Source of the DNA: Paramoeba atlantica
Lineage: Eukaryota; Protista; Discosea
NCBI GenBank assembly: GCA_977017575.1
Contig: CDRNVI010000044.1
Location: forward strand, 372,001 to 436,000
Reading direction: 5' to 3'
DNA length: 64,000 bases
Of this stretch, positions 31,820 through 43,359 are shown one piece after another. Position 1 is the stretch's first letter, and each line of letters begins with the position of its first letter. The position numbers were made by a program, and so were the translations under genes. The notes below the pieces were generated by a model. It searched no databases. It was not told where the DNA came from and worked only from the letters and a program-made list of their open reading frames with translations.

Positions 31820-32546
31820 TGTTTCAAATAAGGTTTGAATGATTTCAAGTAAGCTTTCGAAGCCATGCTTTGAATAATCGCTGTTTATGGTTGCCAGTTT
31901 AGGCTAGTCTCAACTGTTTGTTGGTTGCCTGTATAGGTACTGAGTTACTTGAAATTCGGGCATTTTACATATACTCGAAAAGTTGGAGCAGTGCGTGACG
32001 CAGAAACGCGTACATAACACACAGTACGAACTTTACAACAGCTAGAAAACGCTTAGAAAGCTCTATTTAGGTGTATTTTGGTGTGAAGTATCATCCATTG
32101 TTTTACAAACTGACCAAAAAAGAATTTTTACATGCTGCCATTGAATTTCTTTGCTTGCCGCATTGCGTATAATCTCCTCTTTTTGCTACTATATTTCTTA
32201 CCGCATAATTACATAGACCTCCGCAGTTTTGGTCTTACATTCCCCTGACATCTTAATGGTTGGTCCTAGATCTGAAAAATGAAAATTACTGCGACACACT
32301 AAGTGCGTGTGCCGTACTCTCTCTTGCGATGCTACTTGATTTGTAATGCCTTATTTTGCGTGCATACACGTGTAAAATTCTAAATATGGGAAGTTTTGAT
32401 CTCGAAAACTCTGGGTTTTGGTCGAAAAAGACGCTTTTCTGTACAAAAGATCAACTTTCAATACCTAATCGAAAACTTTTTGGTCGTATGCAAATATAGC
32501 GGAAAAATGTTTTACCCCAAATGTTTTGTCTACAAACGTTTGATTC

Positions 32547-33239
32547 ATGTCTCGACTTGGCAAGGTACAGTCGGATATTCATCCTCCAGAAGTTCGTCTA
32601 TCGTCTTTTATTGACAACATCAGGAACCCACACCCGTCTTGGAAATCTGGCACACCTCTTCTAGAATGGGAAGGAGTGTACAGCGCACCGTGGGAAAGGT
32701 ATTCTCCGGAATTTAATGTATTGCTTCGTTGGAACAATATGGGGTTACAGGGAAATTTGACGTGGAACTTTTTACCAACGCAGGTATATCGTATAGAAGT
32801 TTGTGACAACATGCTCCAAGGGTCCATTCCTTTGGAAGTGCTGCGAGACGAATTAATTGGGTTAACGGCGTCGCGTAATTTGTTTTCCTCAAAACTTGAT
32901 TTGACATCACTTCCGTTGAATTTCGCGGAATTGACGGCTTCGTACAATTTGCTCGAAGGTGCTATAGATCTCTCCGCCCTGCCACAAACCCTGAGAATTC
33001 TTTTCCTCCGATGTAATCATTTTGTGGGGGTAGTTGACTTCACACATATTTCTACCTCCATTCGTATCGATCTCCGAGACAATGCAATTTTCGTATTTCC
33101 TGAAAGTTTTGTGTCCAACAATGTCTTATACGACGTAAACACTGAATACGACAACAAAAACATGTCGGGGTATGCCGCACTAGTAGCAGTAGTTGTACTA
33201 TCTTTTGTTGTTCTTGAACGATGTATAGGTGCATTATAG
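32547..33239 (+). CDS. Leucine-rich repeat protein with C-terminal hydrophobic segment
   Basis: Cap WKSGTPLLEWEGV; repeats LxGxIDLSALPxxLxxLxLxxN; tail AALVAVVVLSFVVL. Confidence 0.88.
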   Translation: MSRLGKVQSDIHPPEVRLSSFIDNIRNPHPSWKSGTPLLEWEGVYSAPWERYSPEFNVLLRWNNMGLQGNLTWNFLPTQVYRIEVCDNMLQGSIPLEVLRDELIGLTASRNLFSSKLDLTSLPLNFAELTASYNLLEGAIDLSALPQTLRILFLRCNHFVGVVDFTHISTSIRIDLRDNAIFVFPESFVSNNVLYDVNTEYDNKNMSGYAALVAVVVLSFVVLERCIGAL

Positions 33240-33455
33240 ATAAAAAATATGTACGTTGTTTTTACAGCATCCTCTGCAAAACTTGGATAATCCTGTAATA
33301 TCGAGGAGGAGCGGGGGAGTAGGAGCGGGGGTAGGAGCGGGAGGTGGAAGTGTACCAACAAAAAAAATAATCGAGTAGGTTTTCATTTTCTTTTAAAGAT
33401 CAGCAAAGACTATTGGGGAATTTACTAATTTTTCTCCATTTCTCAACAAAAATCC

Positions 33456-34136
33456 ATGACCATCTCGACTCATTTGAAATGTGCCGATGCGCCATCGGGT
33501 TCACGTCTTGGGCGAGTACGCGGAGCTATTCTTTCACCGGAATATAAGCTCGCTATGTTTATTCAGCATATGAATAGCACCCATGAAACCTGGACGGATT
33601 CTACTCCACTTCGTAAATGGAAAGGACTCATCTTTCGCAGTGATACACTTGCGTGCATCGAATGGCTAGAATCAAATCTTGGTGGAACAGTCAGCTGGAA
33701 ATTTGTTCCGGACACTGTAACAGAACTTAAATTGAACAACAATCGACTGGAGGGAACGATCGACGTTTCGGTACTGCCATCCACATTACAAGTATTGTGG
33801 TTAAACCACAATCGTTTTGAAGGGCCAGTAGATCTTTCTACTCTCCCACAAAGTCTTACCCAGCTGTGTTTAAATCAAAACCATCTAAGTGGCGGTTTGA
33901 AGTTGCAACATTTACCTCCGAAGCTCGTGTGGTTGTGGCTCAACGGCAATGAATTTGCTGGAACTGTGTCCTTGGCAGGACTACCAAAGACCTTAAAGGA
34001 AATTTATCTGATGAATAATAAATTAACAGGCACCGTCGATGTCAGTGAGTTACCCGAAGTAACGACTCAGATCTATATTCACTATGGTAATGATATTGAA
34101 ATACAAGGTACACATCCGCATTATCAGAAAATATAG
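33456..34136 (+). CDS. Leucine-rich repeat protein
   Basis: ADAPSGSRLGRV N-motif, WKG cap, five GxVxLxxLPxxLxxLxLxxN repeats. Confidence 0.92.
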   Translation: MTISTHLKCADAPSGSRLGRVRGAILSPEYKLAMFIQHMNSTHETWTDSTPLRKWKGLIFRSDTLACIEWLESNLGGTVSWKFVPDTVTELKLNNNRLEGTIDVSVLPSTLQVLWLNHNRFEGPVDLSTLPQSLTQLCLNQNHLSGGLKLQHLPPKLVWLWLNGNEFAGTVSLAGLPKTLKEIYLMNNKLTGTVDVSELPEVTTQIYIHYGNDIEIQGTHPHYQKI

Positions 34137-34572
34137 CGAAAGTGTAATTGTGATCAACATGTGAATATTTGTTTTGAAAAATGTTCGTCTCTTGTAATTT
34201 TTTGAATGTGCAGTAGAGATTTATCCTTGAATTTCTACTCGAATTTTTATTATAATTTTTATTTAGTGCACATTCCTCGAATTACTTTCCCGCTATCCTC
34301 ACACTTAATTTACCGATATTTACATTATATTTTGACTATCAAGCGAAAGTCCGTTCGAATAAATCCATTACGTGTACATTAGAACATGATGAGTGTGTTG
34401 CGGTGCCCATATTTTTCCCTGTATGTATCTTCCTGACATGCTGAGAACTTTTGCACACACGGTCAAATTTTGGGAATGGATATGTGGCTGCAACGCACCT
34501 ACTTTCGTTACAGCACTCGTTACGTAGTCCACTTTGGTTACTAAAGGTTATAATTTTTATTTTTATGTTATT

Positions 34573-35847
34573 ATGAAAAGAGAAAGAAGCGCTGGAAAAG
34601 GCATGCACTCATCCTGTAGCTCCAAACAAAAAGGTTCATTACATCGCGCTGCACCTGCCTTGACGTTACCTATAGGAAAATCGAAGAATGCTTCGGGAAA
34701 GAATGACCACTTAGCAAAAGAATCACCGATAAGTGGGGCTTGCGAAAGGACTGAGCTTGCTATGCTGGCACTCGGGGCAAGACAAAGGGCACATCAATTT
34801 ACCCAAGAGCGCACTTCACGCTCTAGTCCAAGCGATATGTCATTACACGTGGGATCAGACTCTAAAGCCTCTCAGTTGTGTCTCAGGCGATACCACTCCA
34901 CTTTCCAAGAAATTGTAGACATGAGTGATATTCTTCTCGAGGTATTAGATATCCGCGATCCCTTGGCATGTCGTCTCGAGCACGCGGAGAACACCATACG
35001 ATCAAAACATGGCGAACAAAAATCAATCGTTCACATTCTCAACAAAGTGGATCTTATTCCCTCGGAAATCGCACAACGGTGGGTATCCTACTTTCGTGCA
35101 CAAAACTGTCATGTTATTCCCTTTAGTGCCCCCGCGCGACCCGGCGCCCATCACCACCGTGGAGGGGGCGACAACAGCCCTCTCGCACGGCGTTGTGTCG
35201 ACGACGTGTTTGATGCCATACGAAATATTCGACGCACCCACACCGGCACCCACCGCAGTGTCACGGTCGGGGTTCTGGGTTACCCCAACGTAGGGAAGAG
35301 CAGCGTGATTAACGCGCTGAAACGAAAAACCGTCGTCGGGGTCGCCAACCGGCCGGGAAGCACCAAAGGCCCAACCGAGGTGGAACTCCGGCAAGGGGTG
35401 AAAATCGTGGATTGCCCCGGGGTGGTGTTTGACGGGGGAACGGAGAACCACCACAGTCGACTGGCGCTGCTTAACGCCGTGCCGGTGTCGGAGATTGCGG
35501 ATCCGGTTTCTGCGGTAGGGTCGATTGTGGCTCGGGTGGGATGTGATGCGTTGTGTAAGCACTATGGTGTGGAACCCTCTCAAAATCTTGTTGCGGCGCT
35601 TGAGAGAGTGGGTAAAGTGATCGGTCGACTTCGTGCTGGAGGGATTGTGGATGAAGAGGCGACCGCGAGGTGTGTTCTGCAGGATTGGAACTCCGGGAAG
35701 CTGGCTTTTTATGCTTTTCCACCTGATTCGCACTCTTCACATGAAGAGAGCTTTTCGTGCTTTTTAACGCCTACCAAAAATGGTTTAGAAAACGTTTCTA
35801 CCGGAACGGATACGAAGGGAGAATCTCCAAGTAATATTTCTGGCTAG
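34573..35847 (+). CDS. NUG1: Nug1/GNL3 (nucleostemin-like) circularly permuted GTPase
   Basis: EVLDIRDP, NKVDL (G4), GYPNVGKSS (G1), DCPG (G3), DWNSGK..YAFPP. Confidence 0.9.
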   Translation: MKRERSAGKGMHSSCSSKQKGSLHRAAPALTLPIGKSKNASGKNDHLAKESPISGACERTELAMLALGARQRAHQFTQERTSRSSPSDMSLHVGSDSKASQLCLRRYHSTFQEIVDMSDILLEVLDIRDPLACRLEHAENTIRSKHGEQKSIVHILNKVDLIPSEIAQRWVSYFRAQNCHVIPFSAPARPGAHHHRGGGDNSPLARRCVDDVFDAIRNIRRTHTGTHRSVTVGVLGYPNVGKSSVINALKRKTVVGVANRPGSTKGPTEVELRQGVKIVDCPGVVFDGGTENHHSRLALLNAVPVSEIADPVSAVGSIVARVGCDALCKHYGVEPSQNLVAALERVGKVIGRLRAGGIVDEEATARCVLQDWNSGKLAFYAFPPDSHSSHEESFSCFLTPTKNGLENVSTGTDTKGESPSNISG

Positions 35848-36035
35848 AAATCGTGAAATCACGTGGTGTATTCTGAAGAACTGGAACTTTCAGCATATGA
35901 TTCCATATGCAGTAGTATAATCCAACTTGACAACCTGTATTAAACCTAAAAAACTAGTGTGACTAATCTAAAACACTTGTACTGAAATAAGGAAATAAAA
36001 ATTAAAGGCATACTTTTTTTAGTTTCTAAACATTT

Positions 36036-37886
36036 ATGGACTACGAACTGAAGAGCTGGCGTCAGGACGCAAACTCTTCAAACTTGGACCTCGTAGTTGA
36101 TATTGAACCTGCGAAACCCAATGTGGTACGAAAATTTCGGGTTGAAGTGACGGAGGATACCCTACAATTGTACCGCAATCAAGAAAAAGTTCTGACATGG
36201 ACTCTTTTTGATGCCGTGCTCGATGAGCCTCAATGGGAGACGAAAAGCGATGAACTTCACATCAACCTAGTCAAGAAGTCGGAGGAACTCTGGAAGAGTG
36301 CCCTTCGCAACCCACTTCCTCCCTGTGATCAGGAGCTCATCGACCCAACAAAACGAGAACCGGGACAAGTCGGTCCCGACGCATATGACGAAGCCGTCGT
36401 CCTGACCATCGAAGAATTAGATCACCTTCTCGCGATGGAGGTAGCATCATTTGATGCGACACAGCCTTCTGAAACTCGGGATACAGATGCTTCCGACCCA
36501 GATGCCATCCTGGAAGACGTGCTTTCTCAGAAAACCGGGTTAAGCGCGAAAGAGAGAGAAGCGGAAGAGGAACAGAAAACCCTCCAGCATGAAATGGAGA
36601 AAATAGAACGCCGATTGAAGGAGCTCAAAGAGGAGGCCGGGGAGGATGCTGAACGAAAAATCTCCATCGTTCAAGAAATGCACCGTCACTGTGCAGAAAT
36701 CCTAGAACTACGACAGGAGCCAGTGACAGTCCAGGGTCTCGTGCGCGCTCTCCAACATGACATTACCAAAGCCAAACTCAACCGTGGAGAGGATGCCACC
36801 GAATCCGAACCCTTCGCCAACCCCTCCGAGGAGGCCATGACGCCGGAGGAGCTCTATGTCCGCGGGATTCTCGCCCTTGAACGTGGGGACCCCGCGGAAG
36901 GGTTACACTTTCTTCGTCTCGCGGCGCTCTCCCATGACCACACCCAGAGTATGATGACGCTGGTACGGCTCTACATGGAGAGCGGCCTCCAGACCCTCTC
37001 CCTGCAGCTGTTGCTGGACAAATCGGTCCGAGCCCTCGACCCTTTATCGAACTTCACCACAGCTCAGATGTTTGATAACGGGGTAGGGAACTTCACCCCA
37101 GCGCTCGCGCTCGCGCTCTATTTTTACCAAAGAGCCGCGAGTACCGGAGAGACCAGCGCGATGTGTTTTGCGGCACAGCTGTTGCTGCGAGGCGGGTGTG
37201 TGGCCACGGCCGGGCGAACCGAGCTGTGTAACCTACGCCTCGCGGCGCGCTGGATGCAGCACGCCCTCGACCGTGGGAGCTGTCTGGCGTATAAGCTCAT
37301 GCTCGAGCGGTATCTGGGAGGGGAGGGGTCCGGGGAGGGGGCGGATCCGGGCACGCGGAAAATGTATGAACGACTAAATGAGAAGCCGAATTATGAAAAG
37401 GCAAAGAAGTATTACACGTTGTTGTCGGATACGAGCCGGGAGATCCTGAAGCAGGTGCCGAATGTGGAGCAGAGATTGGAGGCGTTGCGGAAAGGGGAGG
37501 TGGGGAAACCAAGTTCTGCGCGGAAGACAGAGGAGGAAAAGGGGGGTAAAAGCGAAGAGGCCCACCCCCAGCTCGAGATCGTGCCGAAGCCCAAGGTTTC
37601 TTCTCACGCCGAGGAGCGCCTTCAGCGTTTTGAACCGAGCTCAATGGGTGCCCGCTCCCATATGGTGAAGCCTCGAGGGTTTGATCCGAAGGCCTCGTGG
37701 GGAGATCGACGACAGCGAATGTGGGAAAAAGTTGCCTCAGCGAGTTTGTTGGGTGCTGCAGCCTATATTCTTGCGTTTCCGGTCCGTGTGATAGCGTTGC
37801 CTACCTTTTTCGAGTTTCTGGAGACCTGCCTCTTGTCTCTTCCGTGGAACAAGTCGCCGAGAGTTTCCCCGCAAGGGCTATTTTGA
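36036..37886 (+). CDS. ATOM69: ATOM69-like mitochondrial import receptor (CS domain + TPR/Sel1-like repeats + C-terminal TM)
   Basis: N-terminal CS/Hsp20-like fold (WRQD..L..V..W..LxK..W), helical repeats, single C-terminal hydrophobic anchor, 616 aa; matches the known kinetoplastid ATOM69 architecture. Confidence 0.6.
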   Translation: MDYELKSWRQDANSSNLDLVVDIEPAKPNVVRKFRVEVTEDTLQLYRNQEKVLTWTLFDAVLDEPQWETKSDELHINLVKKSEELWKSALRNPLPPCDQELIDPTKREPGQVGPDAYDEAVVLTIEELDHLLAMEVASFDATQPSETRDTDASDPDAILEDVLSQKTGLSAKEREAEEEQKTLQHEMEKIERRLKELKEEAGEDAERKISIVQEMHRHCAEILELRQEPVTVQGLVRALQHDITKAKLNRGEDATESEPFANPSEEAMTPEELYVRGILALERGDPAEGLHFLRLAALSHDHTQSMMTLVRLYMESGLQTLSLQLLLDKSVRALDPLSNFTTAQMFDNGVGNFTPALALALYFYQRAASTGETSAMCFAAQLLLRGGCVATAGRTELCNLRLAARWMQHALDRGSCLAYKLMLERYLGGEGSGEGADPGTRKMYERLNEKPNYEKAKKYYTLLSDTSREILKQVPNVEQRLEALRKGEVGKPSSARKTEEEKGGKSEEAHPQLEIVPKPKVSSHAEERLQRFEPSSMGARSHMVKPRGFDPKASWGDRRQRMWEKVASASLLGAAAYILAFPVRVIALPTFFEFLETCLLSLPWNKSPRVSPQGLF

Positions 37887-38207
37887 TACTTTTAAGGATT
37901 AGATTGTACGCGAAGCAACTCAGTCACCTTGAGGCGTATGTTTTTATGGGCACAAGATTATCTAAAGTTATCTAACGTTAAAATCTTACACTGATTGATT
38001 TGTAACCAAAAACGCTTACAAGTTGCCCTTGTATAGTATAAAGGAAATTTGTACCGCACAGTTATAGCACAGCGTATCTTTGATATTTTGATGACAACGT
38101 CTCGACAATTTGTATCCCTTTTGTCATGGTCCTTTTTCATTTTCTCTGATCAGAGTGTGCCAAAACTACATTATTTTCACAATCCCATGTCACCGACCTT
38201 CATCTAA

Positions 38208-39089
38208 ATGCTTCGCCGCCCACTTTCCCGACTTCTCTGCTCTCTTCCCAACCCCTCCACACCCGACCCCACTCCCCCTCCTCCCCCTGACCCCTCCTCC
38301 GTGCTTCGTCGCAGTGCGGAGGCGCGTGCCAAAATCAACCAGCTCTGGCAGCTCCGTCGTACCCACGCTTCAACCTCCTCTTTACACGCCCCCGCCGTTT
38401 CCACGGGTCCCGAACCCACCGACCCATCGGCCCCCTCCGCCATCCCTTCCCCCTACGCCGTGTTTCCTCTGCTTTACGAGTTAAACCTTTCCGCAGAGGT
38501 CCCGACACGGGATGACATCACCAAAGGTTTAGGGGAGGCCATGGATCGTCTGCTGATTCTCACCGTAGAGGGGATGGCCCATGAGACCAAGCGACGCCTG
38601 GAGACCGGGTGTACCCCGCCGGATGCGGAGGCCCCGCAGGCGGGTGGGGGGCATTATTTACGCAACCTGCTGCGTTGTGTGGGGAGAAATGGAACCCCGC
38701 TGGAGCTGCGTACCGTGCAGCACCTGTTTGCGCGGTGTTTTAACTATTTACAGGCTCTCGCGTTGTTTGATGAGATAAAACTGTGCGGGTTGTCAATTAA
38801 TGTCCATGTGTACTATGCAATGGTGTTTTGTCTGCAGCGGTTGGAGGAGGAGAGTTGGGGACGGCAGTATTACCAGGAGAGGCAGAGGACACAGCAGACA
38901 ACAGAGGAGATGATGAATTACTGTCTGACGGGGGTGGAAAGTCAGTTGATTCCCGAGAACAAGGCTCATCTGGGACGGATCATGTTTGCGGATGTGCCGC
39001 AGGTATTTCCGTATGGTAAGTCATCCGATTTCGATGCCACGGGCAAGGAGTTTCGTGCACGATTCGAGGGTAAGGATCTACCTGAGTGA
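38208..39089 (+). CDS. Probable mitochondrial PPR-like protein
   Basis: MLRR-type presequence; PPR-like NYLQALALFDEIKLCGLSINVHVYYAMV. Confidence 0.7.
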   Translation: MLRRPLSRLLCSLPNPSTPDPTPPPPPDPSSVLRRSAEARAKINQLWQLRRTHASTSSLHAPAVSTGPEPTDPSAPSAIPSPYAVFPLLYELNLSAEVPTRDDITKGLGEAMDRLLILTVEGMAHETKRRLETGCTPPDAEAPQAGGGHYLRNLLRCVGRNGTPLELRTVQHLFARCFNYLQALALFDEIKLCGLSINVHVYYAMVFCLQRLEEESWGRQYYQERQRTQQTTEEMMNYCLTGVESQLIPENKAHLGRIMFADVPQVFPYGKSSDFDATGKEFRARFEGKDLPE

Positions 39090-39314
39090 AAAGGTGGAGC
39101 ACATAAGGGGACTTTTTCGTGTTTGTTGTCTCAACAAGTGAATTAATTGATCCCTTCTACTCTTTGCTCTGTTATTTCTGCCTAGGTAGTTTCGACCTAG
39201 GTAGTTTCTTTGTAGTTTGCTACATTATGAAGATTCACATCCATATGACATATGGCGTATACCTGCTGAATAAATAAACCTTTCTCTCATACGCTATCCT
39301 TTAAAAGCACAACC

Positions 39315-40607
39315 ATGGACTTCCTCACCTCTTACAAATGGGCCAGCATTCTGTTCTGCAACGCCCACGCTGCCTGGGAAATGTTCCTCACCTACCGACA
39401 ATACCGCCACGTGAAAAACGCCCACTCCGTTCCCCCCGAATTCGAGTCGGACATCAACCAAGGTGAGTTTCGTAAGGCTAATGCGTACAGCGTAGATCGA
39501 CTGCGGCTGAGTTTGGTCTCGGCTCTGGTGGACACCGCAACTACAACTGCTCTGCTCGCGACGAATGCCTTCCCCGCGCTGTGGTACTGGACGACCTTTG
39601 AGGGTACCTTTCTCGAGGGCTCCCTGGGGCATTGTATGGCCGCCGCCCTGTTCGGAGATGTGTTTGAGACGGCAGTGAGTCTTCCACTCGATTTGTACTC
39701 CACGTTTGTGGTGGAGCAGCGCCATGGATTTAATAACCAGACTCTTGGGCTATATTTTTTGGATATGGTGAAAGGAAAATTAGTGAAATTCGCGCTCATG
39801 GCACCAGTGACGGCGGGTTTTCTTTACATACTGGAGAACTTCGGGCCGCGATTCCCGCTTTATATGGGTTCCTTTCTTACGGCTTTCTCACTGGTTATGG
39901 CCTATGTCTACCCTACCTTGATCCAGCCGTTATTTAACAAATATGCAACGCTACCTGCTGAGAGTCCCTTGCGCGCTAAAATTGAAGACATGGCCTTGAA
40001 ACTGAAATTTCCACTCAAGCAAGTGTACACCGTGGACAGCTCCATCCGCAGTAATCATGGCAATGCCTATTTTTATGGTTTCTTTAACAACAAACGTATT
40101 GTTATTTATGACACCCTGCTAAAAGAGATGGAGGGCGATGATCGAGCACTTCTCGGAGTGCTCGGACATGAATTTGGGCACTGGAAACTTAAACATACGA
40201 TACAACAATTGATCCTCGGGGTAGTACAAATATTTGGCACTTGCTATGGAGCCTCCAAGGTTATGTACAATCGGTCTCTGTATCATAGTTTCGGGTTTCA
40301 CACCTATTCTCCTGTGATTGGGGTCTGTCTGTTTTCTATCGCTATCATGCCTCCGATCGAGGCATTGCTTGGACTTTTACTTACGGCATGGACTCGTCGA
40401 ATGGAATTTCAAGCCGATGCGTTTGCCGTCGATCTTGGCTACGCGAAAGATCTTTCCAGGGCGTTGCTGGCGCTGCGTAAACAAAACGCAATGACTGTTG
40501 TGTTCGACAAGCTGTATGCAATGTGTAAGTATTCTCACCCACCGTTGCTCCACCGACTCCGAGCCATCTCTGATTGTGAGGAGCGACGACAGAAAAAGGT
40601 GGAGTGA
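39315..40607 (+). CDS. STE24: CAAX prenyl protease 1 (peptidase M48)
   Basis: Multi-TM N-terminus, NAYFYGF, HEFGH zinc motif, EFQAD, YSHPPL..RL. Confidence 0.96.
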   Translation: MDFLTSYKWASILFCNAHAAWEMFLTYRQYRHVKNAHSVPPEFESDINQGEFRKANAYSVDRLRLSLVSALVDTATTTALLATNAFPALWYWTTFEGTFLEGSLGHCMAAALFGDVFETAVSLPLDLYSTFVVEQRHGFNNQTLGLYFLDMVKGKLVKFALMAPVTAGFLYILENFGPRFPLYMGSFLTAFSLVMAYVYPTLIQPLFNKYATLPAESPLRAKIEDMALKLKFPLKQVYTVDSSIRSNHGNAYFYGFFNNKRIVIYDTLLKEMEGDDRALLGVLGHEFGHWKLKHTIQQLILGVVQIFGTCYGASKVMYNRSLYHSFGFHTYSPVIGVCLFSIAIMPPIEALLGLLLTAWTRRMEFQADAFAVDLGYAKDLSRALLALRKQNAMTVVFDKLYAMCKYSHPPLLHRLRAISDCEERRQKKVE

Positions 40608-41007
40608 GAAGACGCGTATTCTTAACCGGTAGGGGGCTGGAAACTGTTTCCTTATTCTCTAATGGCGTATTGTTGAACTGAAAAGCGCATGATATTCATC
40701 AAATTTTAATTAGATACAAAGCGTAAAAACGAGTAAAGTAGTGTATGAAATTGAGCAGTGAAAGTTATATGAGTTTTGACTAGATTAAACGCGCGTTCGC
40801 AATTTCGGGCTATTTTGAATACCGGCACCTTTCTTTTATTCATGGCGCTAATAGAAGTAGAAGAATTTTATGTTTCACTCGCACTCTTTAGTTTACGCTG
40901 TGGATAATGACGACGGATTAACTCTTTAACCCCTAAGGAAAGCGAAGGAAACCAGTGTTCTATCCCTTTTCTTCCTCTTTTCATATTTTCTCTCCCTCTC
41001 ATCCTGC

Positions 41008-41631
41008 ATGGACAAAACGCGTACCCGGTTCAACACCGAGCTGCGCCAATCCGGCCGCCGACGTCTCGCCGTGCAACAATCGCGTCGACAGGGCGGCACG
41101 CCCCACCCCCCTCCCCCTACTCGTCCTGTCCTACGTAACACCCATGGCATTCGTCGCGTACTGCGAAACACCTCAAATACGAACACTTCCGAAATACAAC
41201 AAAAGAAACCAACGAGTCGTTTTCAGGACGCCATGCCACGGAAAGCACTTCGCTCATTTGCGGGGCTCTCGCGCCGACGGGACGTCCGGGATCGCACGCA
41301 AGAAGTGCGACAAGAGAGTCTGACCCGACGTCGTGCGTTGGGGGCTAATAAAAAGGAGAATAAGGAAAATAGAGGTCAGGGAAATGCACTGCGGTTGGCG
41401 CAACAAACCCTGCTGCGTCGTCGTAAGGTCGAGAATTCTACGGCTCCCACAAAACGTAGTTTCGGACGGAATCGGGAGTCGAAACCAATCGGACGGTTTG
41501 GTCGTGGGAGTGGGGAAACCGTGGCAAGCGGTCGTGGGCGAGTGGGGGTGAATAAAACGATGAGAAGCAAACCGCGAACTGCGTTGAACAGTGCCACGTT
41601 GGACGAACAACTGGAGGCTTATAAAAATTAG
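41008..41631 (+). CDS. Arg-rich protein with C-terminal FoP/UAP56-binding-like motif
   Basis: Very basic, RG-containing body; terminal SATLDEQLEAYKN resembles the LDxELxxY motif of ALYREF/CHTOP. Confidence 0.65.
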   Translation: MDKTRTRFNTELRQSGRRRLAVQQSRRQGGTPHPPPPTRPVLRNTHGIRRVLRNTSNTNTSEIQQKKPTSRFQDAMPRKALRSFAGLSRRRDVRDRTQEVRQESLTRRRALGANKKENKENRGQGNALRLAQQTLLRRRKVENSTAPTKRSFGRNRESKPIGRFGRGSGETVASGRGRVGVNKTMRSKPRTALNSATLDEQLEAYKN

Positions 41632-42891
41632 GAGTCAAATTACTGGTTGTGCTATAAGTGGTTGACCAAAAAACATTATTATAGAAAGCAAACGCACTTA
41701 AATAACGTAGCCACGGTGAGGTTGCTTAGATTGCCATCGTACTGAGGTACTCATGGAATTTTTCTGAATGAATGCATGGAAATGTGCATTGAAAAGAAAT
41801 AGCATGTAGCACTTTTGAAACGCTATCTGTATAGAAGATCACAAACGTTGGAGTATGTATCAAAAACTGGTGCCGCCACACGCTATTTTCTTACATCTGG
41901 AAAAATTTACAAGTACTACAGTAGAATACTTGACCAATCGAGTCGAGGCTTCAAAGATTGTCGGGAACGTGAACCATCTAAACGTGGCAGAATAGAATAC
42001 TATTACTAACCGTTATTATCATTTTTCACTATCCTCAGATGCATGTATGATTATTTTCCGCGCGTACTGAGCTATCATTGGACTGGTGGCAGCATAACTT
42101 TGATTGGCAACACCTTTGATTCTGGTATTTGTTCAAATTTCACCTGGTAGAGTTTCTCCATCTAGTCGAATCCTGTTGCCTTTCCATCTAGTCGAATCCA
42201 GTTTGCTAGTGCCTGAAACTGAAATGTGCTTTTAGTCTTTTCTACCTTTTTTAATAATTTCGGCGACGAATATACTGCAACAAACGACTTGAAAGCGAAA
42301 AAAATTAGGGACCGTTGCTCAAAAGGAATTACTAAAAACTGCAGCGAAATATACGTGAAGTAATAAAAAGTAAAAGGTACAAGACGTCATAAAAACCGAA
42401 GTGAGACCCTATGTTAAAATATCGTTTCAGATTTATGAACTCGCTCTTGTTCTCTGGTACGGCGGTACCACTCTCTTGCTGCTTCGAAAATAAGTCATTC
42501 CTACCATTTTACTATTGGATGGATTTTACCATTGGATGCACGCTTTGAACTGCCTTGCTACTTTCGGGCTTAGAGTATCTAAGTTAGCCACTGAACTATC
42601 TAAGATCGCCTTTCTTAGGTCTAAGGTCGTTCCCCTCTGTAAAGATACATTAGTATAGGGAAACAGTTAGATGATCGAAGATGTCTCACACTGTAGTTAT
42701 CGAATAAATTAATTTTCGTGTGATTATCACGTAATATCATTACTAAAAGTAACTAAAAAGAAAAGAAAGTTCGTTGATCTTGATCGAAAGTTAACAATAT
42801 GCGGTGCACTATACATGTATGTATTTTTTAATACATATTCGTATGATATTTCATTTAGTTCTCTTCTACAACTACTTTTGTTATCAATTAG

Positions 42892-43140
42892 ATGCAAAAT
42901 TTTTTCACAGCTATTGTAGAGAGTGCCAACGTAATATACACTGCAGGAGACACCTTGCGCAAAATCTACTTAGAAGCAACACCGAGGGAAATAGTTGAGG
43001 CCGACCGCAGTGATATGAGACGCAAGCTCGCCTTATATTGCACTGCTGTAGCACTGATTCTGGCTGTCGAGACTCCTAGCGTTCGGGATTTTGTTGTTGA
43101 AAGCTTGAACTCTGCAATTACACTACAACGAACGAGGTGA
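42892..43140 (+). CDS. Small hypothetical membrane protein (82 aa)
   Basis: Co-directional ORF with hydrophobic LALYCTAVALILAV; no family recognised. Confidence 0.35.
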   Translation: MQNFFTAIVESANVIYTAGDTLRKIYLEATPREIVEADRSDMRRKLALYCTAVALILAVETPSVRDFVVESLNSAITLQRTR

Positions 43141-43359
43141 AGGTATCATGATAAACAATTTTTGATAGATTTTTGTTTTTGCTTTCGTCGGTTTTGGTCA
43201 TGAGAGATGTTCGTGTTAATAATAAACTCATTGGAATTTGAGACCATTTTAGCGTTAAGGTGCAATTTCTATCTAAATTTCTCATTATTTCCATTTGTAA
43301 CATTTTTTTAACGGCGCGAAATTTTTGACATCATTTACAGAGATCTTGTCTATGCCAAA

